Positions 62,944-64,000 of a DNA stretch of 64,000 bases are shown here, piece by piece. Source of the DNA: Acidobacteriota bacterium (GTDB lineage: Bacteria; Acidobacteriota; UBA890; WLXD01). Position 1 is the stretch's first letter. Each line of letters opens with the position of its first letter. Location: positions 5,440,001 to 5,504,000 of the forward strand of contig CBDFKD010000002.1 in the NCBI GenBank assembly GCA_965248695.1. Direction: 5' to 3'. The position numbers and the translations under genes are program-made. A model generated the notes under the pieces. It was not told the DNA's origin, made no database searches, and saw only the letters and a list, made by a program, of their open reading frames with translations.

Positions 62944-63357
62944 ATGAGGGGCACGCCGTCCAAAGTCGCGTTGCTGGTGCCTGCTGGCGTCTGCTTGGCG
63001 ATCGCGGTGGCCATGGCTGTGCAGGTGTCACGTCCGCTACGCGAGGACGCCTACTGGCCACCGCTCGAGGACGCCCCTACCCTGCTCGAAGCCGGCTCGC
63101 AGGCCGAGATCTACGTTGCCGAAGAGCCACTGCTGCAGATCGCAAGCGACGGTGAGCTGCGCCACGGACCGGGGCATATTCCGGTGAATCCGAACGATCT
63201 CCGGATCCGCTTCAACGACTACGAGCGCGTGACGCGCGCCCAGCTGATGTTGCTGGCTGCCGCGCTCGGCGCCGGGCTGGCGCTGCTCATCGCCGGAATG
63301 ATGCTACCCGGTCGCCGGCCAGTGCTGGGGCTAACGCAGTCGGAAACATCACCGTGA
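62944..63357 (+). CDS. Hypothetical membrane protein
   Basis: Two TM helices flanking a short soluble loop; overlaps the next gene. Confidence 0.55.
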   Translation: MRGTPSKVALLVPAGVCLAIAVAMAVQVSRPLREDAYWPPLEDAPTLLEAGSQAEIYVAEEPLLQIASDGELRHGPGHIPVNPNDLRIRFNDYERVTRAQLMLLAAALGAGLALLIAGMMLPGRRPVLGLTQSETSP

Positions 63358-64000
63358 CCGAACGGGCCCGTTTCCGCACCGTCACACTGGTCCTGGTCGG
63401 GGCGCTGATTCTGGGCGTCATCGTAACGGTGAGCGCCATACAGGCGGACCTGACGCGGCGCACGCAGGCGGCGCTGGCGAGCGCCGGTGTCGCGTACTAC
63501 GGATTGGAATTCGACGGCCGCGACGCAGTTCTCGGCGGCTTCGTACCATCGACCGACGAGGCGACGCGAATCGTCGCCATCGTGCGCTCCGTACCCGGCG
63601 TCCGTGCGGTACGCAACGAGCTCATCGTCGAGCGACTAGTGGAGTCGGATCCTGCCCCGCCCGCGGTGGCGCCCGCCGAGCTACGCCTGCAACGGCTAGG
63701 ACCGATGCTGGTGATCTCCGGGCGCGTTGCCGACTCGGACGCGACGAGCATCATCAGCGCGGCGCAGGAGGCCTTTGGCAACACCCACGTCCGCTCCGAC
63801 CTGCGCGTCGACAGCGAGCTCGAGCCCAGCTTTTGGCTCGCCGACCCGGCTATCCTGCTTCGAATCATCAACGCCGCATCGGAAACCGGGCGGCTGAGCG
63901 TGCGCGGCGAGCAGGCGGTTCTCGGCGGACGAATTGTCACCAGCGCCGATCGCCGACGCATCAACGAGTTGGCGGCGACGATTCCAGGTCTGCGCTGGCG
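63354..64000 (+). CDS. BON-domain protein (ArfA/OmpA-like N-terminus), partial
   Basis: TM helix, then IQADL...FDGRDAVLGG...VPGVRAVRNEL; the frame is open to the window end. Confidence 0.7.
   Translation, partial: MTERARFRTVTLVLVGALILGVIVTVSAIQADLTRRTQAALASAGVAYYGLEFDGRDAVLGGFVPSTDEATRIVAIVRSVPGVRAVRNELIVERLVESDPAPPAVAPAELRLQRLGPMLVISGRVADSDATSIISAAQEAFGNTHVRSDLRVDSELEPSFWLADPAILLRIINAASETGRLSVRGEQAVLGGRIVTSADRRRINELAATIPGLRW

Overview
This is a high-GC bacterial chromosomal window. A GWxTD-domain protein and the style of the Ser/Thr kinase suggest Acidobacteriota (inference). Most of it is housekeeping or metabolic: metH, mtaB, cysS, ribF, a ccmE-F-H-(I-like)-X-A-B-C-D cytochrome c maturation operon with a Cys-type CcmE, deoB, moaA-D-E, dinB, fumC, and tRNA-Gly, -Cys and -Leu. 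There are also secreted amidohydrolases and several secreted beta-propeller proteins. Mobile DNA consists of an IS3-family element with no target duplication that joins two truncated genes, and a CTAG-flanked MITE whose left end is tandemly duplicated. Three observations stand out. (1) An intergenic, apparently sigma54-driven ~205-nt RNA at 34367-34573 (- strand) is built of two long hairpins with different outer stems and an identical 39-nt loop, and it ends in a U-tract. (2) A compositionally distinct block beside tRNA-Leu encodes PpiC, HupE/UreJ and two secreted ureohydrolase paralogues, one of which has lost its metal ligands. (3) A small secreted six-cysteine peptide gene sits directly upstream of an NHL beta-propeller lipoprotein. 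All calls were made by eye from motifs; no database searches were run.
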